Source of the DNA: Dehalococcoidia bacterium
GTDB lineage: Bacteria > Chloroflexota > Dehalococcoidia > Lucifugimonadales > SHYF01
Assembly (NCBI GenBank): GCA_965248595.1
Contig: CBDFJM010000003.1
Coordinates: 10,729-74,728, forward strand
DNA length: 64,000 nt
Direction of reading: 5' to 3'
Below, in pieces: positions 38,832 through 47,492 of the stretch (position 1 is the stretch's first letter; every line of letters begins with the position of its first letter). The notes under the pieces are model-generated. The model saw nothing but the letters and a program-made list of their open reading frames with translations. It was not told where the DNA came from and ran no database searches. The position numbers and the translations under genes were made by a program.

Positions 38832-39391
38832 TGAGCAGCCAGCCTAAAAGCATACTGGTAGTGGACGATGAGAGGTCCATTCGCTACCTCCTCTCTAAAC
38901 AATTGGAAGAGCTTGGGTATCAGTGCGAAACAGTCCCCAGCGGGCAGGAGGCTCTGGAACGTTTGGCCCAGCAGGGGGTTGATCTTGTCATGCTCGACCT
39001 CAGGATGCCAGGGATGTCAGGACTGGAAGTCCTGCGACGAGTGCAAGCCGACCATCCCAGCACTCGCGTGGTAATGCTCACCGCCATCGTGGATACTGGC
39101 CTGGCAACCCAGGCCCTGAGCCTTGGGGCCGACGATTACATGACAAAGCCCTACACCCTGGATGAGCTAAGGTCTAGAGTGGAGCGGGCGCTGGATAAGA
39201 AGGACTCCTTGGCCGAGGGTGGGGTGGCTGACTCGTCGCTGAAGGCGGAGGAGAGAATGCTCATCAATGAGCGAGAGGTCACCGTGGATTTGATCAACCA
39301 GCAGGTAAGCGCGTTTCAGCAACTTACCGAACCCGCGGACAAGGGCAAGCAGAGCGCCAGACGTCGCTGGTGGCCTTGGAGTCGTCGCTGA
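38831..39391 (+). CDS. Response regulator, stand-alone receiver domain with coiled C-terminal tail
   Basis: 186 aa. ILVVDDE...DLVMLDLRMPGMSG...MLTA...GADDYMTKP. ATGA overlap with the kinase. Confidence 0.9.
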   Translation: MSSQPKSILVVDDERSIRYLLSKQLEELGYQCETVPSGQEALERLAQQGVDLVMLDLRMPGMSGLEVLRRVQADHPSTRVVMLTAIVDTGLATQALSLGADDYMTKPYTLDELRSRVERALDKKDSLAEGGVADSSLKAEERMLINEREVTVDLINQQVSAFQQLTEPADKGKQSARRRWWPWSRR

Positions 39392-39433
39392 GGTTGGGAC
39401 TCGGCCCAAGCGCCAAACCGGAAAGGTCTAAGC

Positions 39434-39775
39434 CTAAGACGCGGTCTTTGTCTCACTCTGCTGCAAGGCCTCCACAATCCTTTTCCCAAAGAACTCCTCG
39501 TCAGCAATGATGTGCTCCAAGACTTTGCGTGGTGGCCATTCGCCCTCAGCGGGAGCCCGCTCCATGTCTTCGTCCGACAGGCCCAGGAGCAGACCTTCCA
39601 GTTCGCCTCGAGACCTCTGCAAGCTGTGCAGGATAAGCTGGGCCTCACTCTGGTGAACTTCCAAGGCCGACAGTGTCTTCACCAACTGGACAGTGTGCTC
39701 CGCCTCATGGGATATTAGAAGATAGAACATGGCCCTCACGTACCGGGGAATGCGTCCGGCCACGGGCAATGTCAT
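39434..39775 (-). CDS. DinB-family (DinB_2-like) protein; N-terminus uncertain
   Basis: Only the C-terminal ~113 aa of the listed 398-aa ORF look coding (...LISHEAEHTVQ...EWPPRKVLEHIIADEEFF). The remainder is antisense to cysK. Confidence 0.5.
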   Translation of the reverse strand: MTLPVAGRIPRYVRAMFYLLISHEAEHTVQLVKTLSALEVHQSEAQLILHSLQRSRGELEGLLLGLSDEDMERAPAEGEWPPRKVLEHIIADEEFFGKRIVEALQQSETKTAS

Positions 39776-39946
39776 CTGCTCCTCTTTTACGTCTATCAGC
39801 TGCTCTTGAAGCCGCGCCCGTGACTCCCTGAGTTTTCCACCATCTCTGCTAAAGCTCCCATTTAGGTACCTCCTGGTGTTGGTGCGTGAGATAGCATATG
39901 TTACCACGCTTCTCTTTCCTTGACGCTCCCAACCACCCATGCCACA

Positions 39947-40888
39947 ATGGGCCATCTGCTGCGGAGAATCCCCTTGACCAGATTTGCCAGTTCTGTCCTG
40001 GAACACATAGGTAACACGCCCCTGATGCGCCTGTATGCCCTGGAGACGCCCGGCTCTGCGCAGGTGCTGGCCAAGCTGGAGAACCTGAACCCCGGCGGCA
40101 GCACCAAAGACAGGGCGGCCCTGGCCATGATCCAGGACGCTGAAGCCCAGGGCAGGCTGAGGCCTGGCATGACTATTGTTGAGCCTACGGGCGGCAATAT
40201 GGGCATCTCCCTGGCTCTGGTGGGGGCCGCCAAAGGATACAGGGTGGCCATAACCATGCCTGAGAGCGTGCCCATGGAGCGCCGACGCCTGGTGACGCGC
40301 TTCGGCGCGACTGTACATCTCACGCCGGCCATCACCGGCATGGAGGGAGCCATTCAGGCGGCCCAGCGCATGCTTGACCAGGACACCAGGATGGTGATAC
40401 TGGAGCAGTTCTCCAACCCCGCTAACGCCAGAGCGCATCGGGAAGGCACGGGGAGAGAGATCCTGGATGCAACCTCTGGCCGGGTGGACGCTTTCGTGGC
40501 CGGGGTGGGCACAGGCGGCACCATTACAGGCGTCGGCGAGGCGCTGAAAGCCGCGAACGCATCTGTGCTGGTGGTGGCTGTGGAACCAGCTACCTCTCCG
40601 CTGTTGAGCCAGGGCCACGCGGGCGACCACGGCATTCTAGGCATTGGGGCCGATTTCGTGCCGTCCCTGCTGGACCGCGCCATCATTGACGAGGTTGTCA
40701 CAGTCGACACTAAGGATGCCATAGACACCACCAAGCGGCTGGCCCAGGAGATGGGGCTGCTTGTGGGCATCTCCTCTGGGGCCAATGTGATGGCTGCCCT
40801 GCTGCTGGCGAAGCGACTGGGCGAGGGCAAGGTGGTGGTAACGGTGCTGCCAGATACAGGCGAGCGGTATCCCATGCTGACCGTGTGA
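39947..40888 (+). CDS. cysK: Cysteine synthase (O-acetylserine sulfhydrylase, CysK/CysM family)
   Basis: IGNTPLMRL, NPGGSTKDRAA (PLP Lys) and GTGGTITG. Start could be TTG 39920 or ATG 39947. Confidence 0.9.
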   Translation: MGHLLRRIPLTRFASSVLEHIGNTPLMRLYALETPGSAQVLAKLENLNPGGSTKDRAALAMIQDAEAQGRLRPGMTIVEPTGGNMGISLALVGAAKGYRVAITMPESVPMERRRLVTRFGATVHLTPAITGMEGAIQAAQRMLDQDTRMVILEQFSNPANARAHREGTGREILDATSGRVDAFVAGVGTGGTITGVGEALKAANASVLVVAVEPATSPLLSQGHAGDHGILGIGADFVPSLLDRAIIDEVVTVDTKDAIDTTKRLAQEMGLLVGISSGANVMAALLLAKRLGEGKVVVTVLPDTGERYPMLTV

Positions 40889-40971
40889 ACTCAGGGCGCC
40901 GAGCTTCCGAGCTGCGTAACAGCCCATGCTACAATAGACAATGTTTCCCAGCCTGACCCAGGAAGGAGCCT

Positions 40972-42018
40972 ATGCCCCAGGAAGCCATCCGGCTCACCAG
41001 TCTGGCCCATTGCGCGGGTTGAGCCTCCAAATACAGTCCTGAGGACCTGGCGCAGGTTCTGCGCCAGCTACCCAAGATTACCGCCCCGAACCTGCTGGTC
41101 GGGACGGAGACAGGCGATGACGCTGCCGTTTATCGTCTAACGGAGGAACTTGCCCTGGTGCAGACGGTGGACTTCTTCCCTCCCATAGTGGACGACCCAG
41201 ACCACTTTGGCGCTATTGCAGTGGCCAACGCTGTAAGCGACGTCTACGCCATGGGCGGCCGGCCCCTGCTGGGGCTGAACATCGTGGCGTTTCCTATGGA
41301 GCTGTCCAAGGATATTGTGGCCAATATATTGAAGGGCGGCTACCGCAAAGCCGCCGAGGCCGACCTCCTAATCGTTGGTGGCCACACCATAGACGACAAG
41401 GAGCCGAAGTATGGCCTGGCTGTAACAGGCCTGATCCGGCCCGGAGAGCAGGTGACTAACCGTGGAGCCCGGCCCGGAGATGTGCTGGTGCTCACCAAGC
41501 CCATCGGCACAGGCATAATCACCACCGCCGGGAAGGACGGCGTGGTGAAGGAAGAGGTGCTGGCCAACGCCATCGCCGTCATGGAAACACTGAACAGGGG
41601 CGCTTCAGAGGCTATGACGCACGTAGGCGTCAATGCGTGCACGGACGTCACAGGCTTCGGGCTGCTGGGCCACTTGAAGCCCATGATGACAACCAGCGGC
41701 ACCGGTGCCCGCGTCTTCTGGTCCAAGATACCTCTGCTACCCGGCGTCCTGGAGCTGGCCAAACAGGGAATCGCCCCCGGGGGCACCCAGAGGAACCTGG
41801 CGTCTCTGGGGCCCAAGGTGCAACATCATGAATCGCTTTCCCAAGAGGCAAAGGTTATCCTGAGCGACGCGCAGACCTCCGGAGGGCTATTGATGTCAGT
41901 GCCGCGGGAACGGCTGGACCGTCTGTTGGAGGAATTGGAGAAACATGGCGTTGCTGGCACTGCAATCATCGGCGAGGTGTACGAAGGAGACGCCGGGGCA
42001 ATCCAGGTACTTCCATAA
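40972..42018 (+). CDS. selD: Selenide, water dikinase (selenophosphate synthetase), selenocysteine-containing: UGA at 41020-41022 read as Sec
   Basis: ATG 40972 with GGAAGGAG upstream. MPQEAIRLTSLAHCAG-U-ASKYSP... aligns with E. coli SHGAGCGCKISP, and Sec falls on Cys17. In frame with listed ORF 41158..42018 (VDFFPPIVDDP...DVYAMGG). Confidence 0.88.
41047..41067 (+). promoter_or_regulatory. SECIS-like stem-loop for the selD UGA
   Basis: Perfect 9-bp stem CTGGCGCAG-gtt-CTGCGCCAG beginning 25 nt after the UGA. G/U residues lie at the apex, as in bacterial SECIS elements. Confidence 0.6.
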
Positions 42019-42048
42019 GTCACGTGCCATGGAGAACCCCACGGAGCG

Positions 42049-42240
42049 ATGTTAGAGTTAGAGAAACAGTATGTTGACCAGATGGTAGCTCACGCCCTGG
42101 AGGACAACCCCAACGAGTGCTGCGGAATCCTGGCGGGGCCTCAGGGCAAAGGTGGTAAGGCTCTACCAGATGACACCGCTGCCGTCCACGTGTTCCTCTG
42201 AAACCACACGGGCGTCCATCTCTGATCTGCATGGAGTGTA
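42049..42240 (+). pseudogene. Truncated/frameshifted JAB (MPN/Mov34) metalloprotease fragment
   Basis: Own translation gives MLELEKQYVDQMVAHALEDNPNECCGILAGPQGK, then similarity continues in another frame (VVRLYQMT...) and is lost. No JAMM HxH motif present. Confidence 0.5.
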
Positions 42241-42245
42241 AGTGG

Positions 42246-42734
42246 ATGACTGAAAATCTTGCACCTGTTGAAATTCCGCGGAGGATCCTGGAAGAGGTTT
42301 ATAGAGAAGCCAGGAAGGCGTTTCCCTGGGAGTCCTGCGGGTGGTTAGCCGGATCCCAGGATGGCAACAAAGCAGAGACCGTCCGGCCTTGTGTGAACGC
42401 AGTGATGCTGGGCGCGGGTGGCACGGTGCCCGGAGGGAACGCGGAGACAGCCTACCAGTTCACAGCCCAGGATGCCATTGCCCTCGACAGGAGCTTTGAC
42501 ACCGATACGCCCGCGATTGTCATTTATCACTCTCATCCCAACGGACGGGCGTATTTCTCCCAGACAGACCGACAGGTAGCAGAGGGGCCATGGGGTGACG
42601 GGCCAGCATATCCCGTACAACACCTGGTGGTGGGCATCAGCCAATCGGGGGTGCACGAGGCGGCGCTGTTTGAATGGTCGGAGGAGAATGCAGACTTCGC
42701 GGAGATCGCGCGCTATGATGGAGCGGACATTTGA
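42246..42734 (+). CDS. JAB/MPN-domain metalloprotease (Mec/Mov34-like)
   Basis: ESCGWLAG...IYHSHPNGRAYFSQTD is an intact JAMM motif (HxHx7Sx2D). The start is probably ATG 42246 within ORF 42231..42734. Confidence 0.8.
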   Translation: MTENLAPVEIPRRILEEVYREARKAFPWESCGWLAGSQDGNKAETVRPCVNAVMLGAGGTVPGGNAETAYQFTAQDAIALDRSFDTDTPAIVIYHSHPNGRAYFSQTDRQVAEGPWGDGPAYPVQHLVVGISQSGVHEAALFEWSEENADFAEIARYDGADI

Positions 42735-42989
42735 GCAATGCCGTCATACGGGGCTCCTACCGTCCTGAATTGCCTTTTGACCAACACGGTCCCGCGGTGC
42801 GGGCCTTCAAGATCACGGACGGGCAGGTGATGGAGGAAGAGCTAAAGGCCAGATAAAAACAGCCCACGGATTGGGGTTTGGCAGCCCCGACGCGTACCGG
42901 CCCTGACGTGCTTGGCATCATATTGAGTGTTCCAGCAAGCATGTCGTGTATAGAACCATCCACTATCTGTTGGCGAATCGGAGGCGATT

Positions 42990-43856
42990 TTGAAACTAGG
43001 TGCTATCTTCCCCCAAACAGAGCTCGGCTCCGACCCCGCGGTCATTAGAGAGCACGCCCAGGCCGTAGAGGAGATGGGGTACGATTTTATTGTGGCTTTC
43101 GAGCACGTGGTCGGGGCTGATCCAGCCCAGCATGAGGGCTACCGGGGGCCTTATACTCACAAGTCCCTCTTCCACGAGCCTTTCGTGCTGTTCGGATACC
43201 TGGCAGCCGTCACGAAGAGGCTGGAGCTCGTGACAAGCATCGTCATTCTGCCGCAGCGTCAAACGGTGCTGGTAGCCAAACAGGCGGCAGAGGTAGACGT
43301 CCTTAGCGGAGGGCGGCTGCGCCTTGGAATCGGCACCGGATGGAACGCAGTAGAGTACGAAGCCCTGGGCCAGGACTTCCACACCCGGGGCCGCCGCAGC
43401 GAGGAGCAGATCGCTCTCATGCGGGCATTGTGGACTCAGGAGGTCGTTACCTTTGAGGGTCGCTGGGATAAGGTTACCGCGGCAGGGATTAACCCTCTGC
43501 CCGTGCAGCGCCCCATCCCAATATGGCTGGGCGGAAGAGCGGAGCCGGTAGTCAAGAGGGTAGGCCGCCTGGCTGATGGCTGGTTTCCTCAAATGCCCCC
43601 CAACGAGGAGGCCCATCAGGCGCTGGAACGAATGCGGGGCTATGCGAGAGAAGCTGGCCGTGACCCGGCCACAATCGGCGTGGAGGCGCGAATTGGCGTC
43701 CGAAACTCCACGCCGCAAGACTGGGCTAAGGCATCGGCAGACTGGCAGAAGCTGGGAGCTAGCCACCTGTCGATGAACACCATGGGTGCCGGCTTCACCT
43801 CCCTGAACCAGCACCTGGATGCTCTACGCCAGTTCCACGATGTTGTGAAGGGATAG
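42990..43856 (+). CDS. Luciferase-like (LLM class) F420-dependent oxidoreductase
   Basis: 288 aa, TTG start. MKLGAIFPQTELGSDPA...EEMGYD...LGIGTGWN..E is typical of the F420-dependent LLM subfamily. Confidence 0.8.
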   Translation: MKLGAIFPQTELGSDPAVIREHAQAVEEMGYDFIVAFEHVVGADPAQHEGYRGPYTHKSLFHEPFVLFGYLAAVTKRLELVTSIVILPQRQTVLVAKQAAEVDVLSGGRLRLGIGTGWNAVEYEALGQDFHTRGRRSEEQIALMRALWTQEVVTFEGRWDKVTAAGINPLPVQRPIPIWLGGRAEPVVKRVGRLADGWFPQMPPNEEAHQALERMRGYAREAGRDPATIGVEARIGVRNSTPQDWAKASADWQKLGASHLSMNTMGAGFTSLNQHLDALRQFHDVVKG

Positions 43857-43917
43857 CAGCCCTCCGTCAAAGGCGGCTTTGCCACTTCGGGCGCTTTGCA
43901 CGAAAAATCCACAGAGG

Positions 43918-44045
43918 CCAACGTAGTTCTTCCCACCCTCCCGCCCTGGAACGCTTTTAGAAAGGGGGACACCCCCTTGGACCCCCCAGCAGGAAACCCA
44001 AGTTTCCTGCACCTTCCTGTTTCCAGCAACGTTTTCGTGCAAGAC
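43918..44045. repeat. ~125-bp dispersed repeat, family C, copy 2 (inverted relative to 6321-6443)
   Basis: Its reverse complement matches 6321-6443 almost base for base. Lies at the core/accessory boundary. Confidence 0.85.
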
Positions 44046-44434
44046 CCCACTCCGGGTTACTCATGCGCTGAGCCTGCCAGGCTATCGCGTTCGTTTGATG
44101 GCATTAATCAGCTAGCCCTCAGCTTGGGATTTGATTTATTTTTTGGGAGAAACAAATCCGAGTTTCGTAGCGGGAGAAGGCTGGCGTGGATTGCGCGGCC
44201 TGGAGTTGCGGGATATGGCAATGCGAGGGCCATGACAGGGTGATAGGCGCAAGCGAAGGGCATGGGATAGGGGGATGTGGCAGGGTGGCGTCAAGGCTAT
44301 GTGTCGGGACCCGGGCCGTGCGGCCAGTTCGCCACGACACGGTTGGCAGATGCCGAGTAGTGCTACAATGGGGTTCACTGGTGACTGGGACGGCTATGTT
44401 TTTATCAACGGTTGACATAGGAAACGCCAGCTAA

Positions 44435-45668
44435 ATGACTTCCTCTTCCACAACGACAGCGATTGAGCCAATACGCCGCGCCTTTCCGGCTGAAAAGGCC
44501 AAGGCCTGGCACTTCAGGCTTCATCCCTACTACACAAAGCAGCCATCTAATGTGGTGGCTGGGTACATTCGTCATTTTTCACCGCCAGGTGGCCTAGTGG
44601 TTGATCCCTTTTGTGGTACAGGCGTCACCGGGGTTGAAGCACTTACCAACAGACGCCGCGCTGTATTGCTTGACCTGGACCCTCTAGCAGCGTTCATTAC
44701 CAGGCAGACCTTGCTCTCGCCAGTGGATTTGGATGCTTTCTGGGATGCCTTTCGCCGGGTTGAGCGCGAAATGCGCCCTATTGTTTCTTTCCTGGGAAAG
44801 GCAACCCCAGAAGAGTTGGACGATTATAAGATAGATGCCTGGTATCCACGCGGCGTCAAACTCCCCTCCAACGCTGACCGTGGCTATGAGGAAGACCTAT
44901 TCAGCAAGCCATCGCTGATCGGCCTGGCCCATCTCAGGGCGGCCATAATGCATGTCAGAGATGTTGAAGCTCGCGAACTCTTGCTGTTTGCTTTTTCTGG
45001 CATCCTTGCCCGCGCCAGTTTGACCTACAGCATTGACTCCAAACATGCTGGAGGAGGAGATAGTGGCATATTTAAGGTATACAGGTATTAGGTCCCCCCA
45101 AGCCTGATTATAGAGACGTTTGGGGGCTATTTGCTACAAGGGCGCGCCTTGTTGCAAGTGCCAAGACGCGGGGAAGCGCTGGCTTCGGTGACTATCCAAT
45201 AGAGGGAGAAACCTTTGCGGTACACTGTGACTCGGCGGAAACCTACTGAAGTATGTAAAACCTAATAGCGTAGACTACATATATACCGATCCGCCGTATG
45301 GGGCGCACATAGCCTACCTGGACCTCAGCACTATCTGGCATGCGTGGCTTGGGTTACACGTTACCCAAGAACAGAGAGCAAAGGAAGCAATTGAAGGTGG
45401 AGAGCAGCAGTTTGATGAGAAACACTATCTTGATGTTTTGGACCAAAGCTTTAAGGCCATGTTTCTGTCACTTAAGGATGACTGTTGGCTCTCCCTAGTT
45501 TTCTATCACAAACAGACAAACCTTTGGTACTCCATACGGGACATGCTTAGATACAGTGGGTTTACCTACGTTAACACCGTGGCTCAGCCACTGTCTAAGC
45601 AGACCTTTCACAAGGTCAAGAATCCCCTAAGAGTGCTTGGTGAAAGAGAAGTGGCTCCGGAAATCTGA
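44435..45668 (+). pseudogene. N6/N4-type DNA methyltransferase, disrupted by at least two frameshifts and abutted by IS3 at its 3' end
   Basis: Motif I VVDPFCGTGVTG lies in frame 2 (44435-45091). The middle segment ...YPIEGETFAVHCDSAE is in a second frame. Motif IV SVDYIYTDPPYG (from ~45243) is in a third frame that joins ORF 45438..45668. A C6 run sits at the first shift. Confidence 0.8.
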
Positions 45669-45736
45669 ACAGGGGGATAAGTGGAATCGCTGCCTGATTG
45701 AGGGCATGATAGTGCTCTCGGAGACAGGAGCGAGAG

Positions 45737-46042
45737 ATGAGCAGACGACCCCGCCGTAACCACTCGGCAGAGTTCAAGGCGAAGGTGGCTCTTGCCGCAG
45801 TGCGCGGCGACCGGACACTTTCGGAGCTGGCAAGCCAGTTCGATGTGCACCCGAACCAGATCACGCAATGGAAGACCCAGTTGCTGGATCGGGCGGCGCA
45901 GTTGTTTGGGGCCGGGACAGGGCAGGCTGAAAAGCCGGTAGATATGAAGGTCCTTCACGCTAAGATCGGTGAGCTTGCGTTGGAGAACGATTTTTTAGAG
46001 GCCGCGCTCACGAAGGCGGGATTGCCTGGCGCAAGGCGATGA
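45737..46042 (+). CDS. IS3-family transposase OrfA (HTH)
   Basis: 101 aa. RRNHSAEFKAKVALAAVRGDRTLSELASQFDVHPNQITQWK plus a leucine-zipper-like tail. Confidence 0.92.
   Translation: MSRRPRRNHSAEFKAKVALAAVRGDRTLSELASQFDVHPNQITQWKTQLLDRAAQLFGAGTGQAEKPVDMKVLHAKIGELALENDFLEAALTKAGLPGARR
45991..45997 (+). promoter_or_regulatory. Candidate -1 programmed ribosomal frameshift heptamer T TTT TTA (orfA to orfB)
   Basis: In orfA phase as gaT TTT TTA. A -1 slip reads FFRGRAHEGGIAWRKAMIDRDHK..., the orfB frame. Confidence 0.55.
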
Positions 46043-46866
46043 TCGACCGCGATCACAAGCTGCCTCTCGCCCTCCAGGCAAAGGCAGTGGGCATCAGCCG
46101 CGGGAGCATCTACTACCGGCCACGGCCGGTGGGCGAAGCCGGTCTCGGACTGATGCGCCGCATCAATGAGCTGCACCTTGAGTATCCGTTTGCAGGCAGT
46201 AGGATGATGCGAGGCCTGCTCCGCCAGGAGGGACTCTCCTGCGGGCGTAGACACATCGCCACACTGATGCGGCGTATGGGCATTGAGGCGCTGTACCGCA
46301 AGCCCAACACCAGCCGGCGACGGCCCGGCCATACGGTGTATCCGTACCTGCTGCGCGGGCTTGAGGTGAGCAGGCCCAACCAGGTGTGGGCAATGGATAT
46401 CACGTACATTCCGATGGCCAGGGGGTTCGTGTACCTAGCCGCAGTGATGGACTGGCATAGCCGCAAGGTGCTGGCCTGGCGGGTATCGGTCACAATGGAC
46501 ACAGACTTCTGCGTGGAGGCGCTCGAAGAATCCCTGGGACGCCACGGCGCGCCGGAGATATTCAACACAGATCAGGGAAGCCAGTTCACAAGTGACGCCT
46601 TCACCGGCCTGCTGAAAGCCAATGGGATCCAGATCAGCATGGACGGGAAGGGAAGCTGGAAGGATAATGTGTTCGTCGAACGGCTGTGGAAGAGCGTCAA
46701 GTACGAGGAGGTGTACCTGAGAGCCTACGAATCGGTCCCGGAAGCCAGAACTGGACTCGGGCGGTACTTCGAGTTTTACAATGCCGGACGGCCCCATTCG
46801 AGCCTTGGGGGAATGACGCCGGACCAGTTCTTTGACAGAGCGCCTGCCGAGTCCGCGGCGGCCTAA
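46039..46866 (+). CDS. IS3-family transposase OrfB (DDE integrase core)
   Basis: 275 aa. WAMDITY (D), FNTDQGSQF (D), VFVERLWKSVK (E+K) and RPHSSLG. Confidence 0.93.
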   Translation: MIDRDHKLPLALQAKAVGISRGSIYYRPRPVGEAGLGLMRRINELHLEYPFAGSRMMRGLLRQEGLSCGRRHIATLMRRMGIEALYRKPNTSRRRPGHTVYPYLLRGLEVSRPNQVWAMDITYIPMARGFVYLAAVMDWHSRKVLAWRVSVTMDTDFCVEALEESLGRHGAPEIFNTDQGSQFTSDAFTGLLKANGIQISMDGKGSWKDNVFVERLWKSVKYEEVYLRAYESVPEARTGLGRYFEFYNAGRPHSSLGGMTPDQFFDRAPAESAAA

Positions 46867-47492
46867 CGCACGGCAGCGCGATTCCACTTATCAAACCGGG
46901 CAGCGCTGTTCAGACAAACGAGACCACCTCTTTGGTCTCCTACAGTCGGGGCAAAACCTGCTGTTACATGCTGCGTTTCTACGGCTCCATTCCGAACGAT
47001 GTCTTGCCTCCCATATATACGAATCATACACCCACTAGCTATTCCTCACTACGAGGCCAAGGCTAGGTTACTAGCCACCAACACGACTCCCCTAACGGAA
47101 CAGCTTGCCCATACTCGTGGAAAGGCCCCGCGCTAGCATAGGCCACCCTGGCCAAGTCAAGAACAGATCGTAGCTGAGGTCGTTCAAAACCGCGACTCAA
47201 TGGACTTGGTCCCTTGACCAGAACACTGTCAGCCTCTGAGGGTCTGATAGAAAACTTGAGCCGGTCGTAGCTGCCTCCTAAGTCTGTTGGACGCTAGCTA
47301 AACCGGCTTCGGATATAGATTCGAGATGCGGGTGTCAAAAACTTATGGATGGTGGGCCTACGTGTACTGAACTGCGAACTTTTCGATTGGCCGTAAAGCT
47401 GTGAGGCTCGACCAAAACCGTTGCAGCTCCCCGAAAGCCTCAACGAAGAACAACGCTGACATTACAGGTGGTCTCCCTCAGAATGCGAAGCA

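Larger units (their letters stand above)
45666..46912 (+). mobile_element. Complete IS3-family insertion sequence (~1.25 kb)
   Basis: Terminal repeats TGAACAGGGGGATAAGTGGAATCGC... (45666) and the reverse complement of ...GCGATTCCACTTATCAAACCGGGCAGCGCTGTTCA (ends 46912), with 5'-TG...CA-3' ends. Carries orfA plus orfB. No clear target duplication found. Confidence 0.85.

Noticed and set aside
38641-38847. 68-aa + ORF overlapping the end of the histidine kinase as a separate gene
   Set aside because: It has no independent start context. Its only interest is as an alternative frame for the kinase C-terminus (see finding).
39776-40630. N-terminal 285 aa of the listed 398-aa minus ORF 39434..40630
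   Set aside because: Antisense to cysK and compositionally abnormal. Only the last ~113 codons (DinB-like) look genuine.
42720-42870. Possible 41-codon TTG-initiated ORF (MSNAVIRGSYRPELPFDQHGPAVRAFKITDGQVMEEELKAR) after the JAB gene, considered as a ThiS/CysO-like carrier
   Set aside because: It does not end in Gly-Gly, is too short for a beta-grasp fold, and has no ribosome-binding site.
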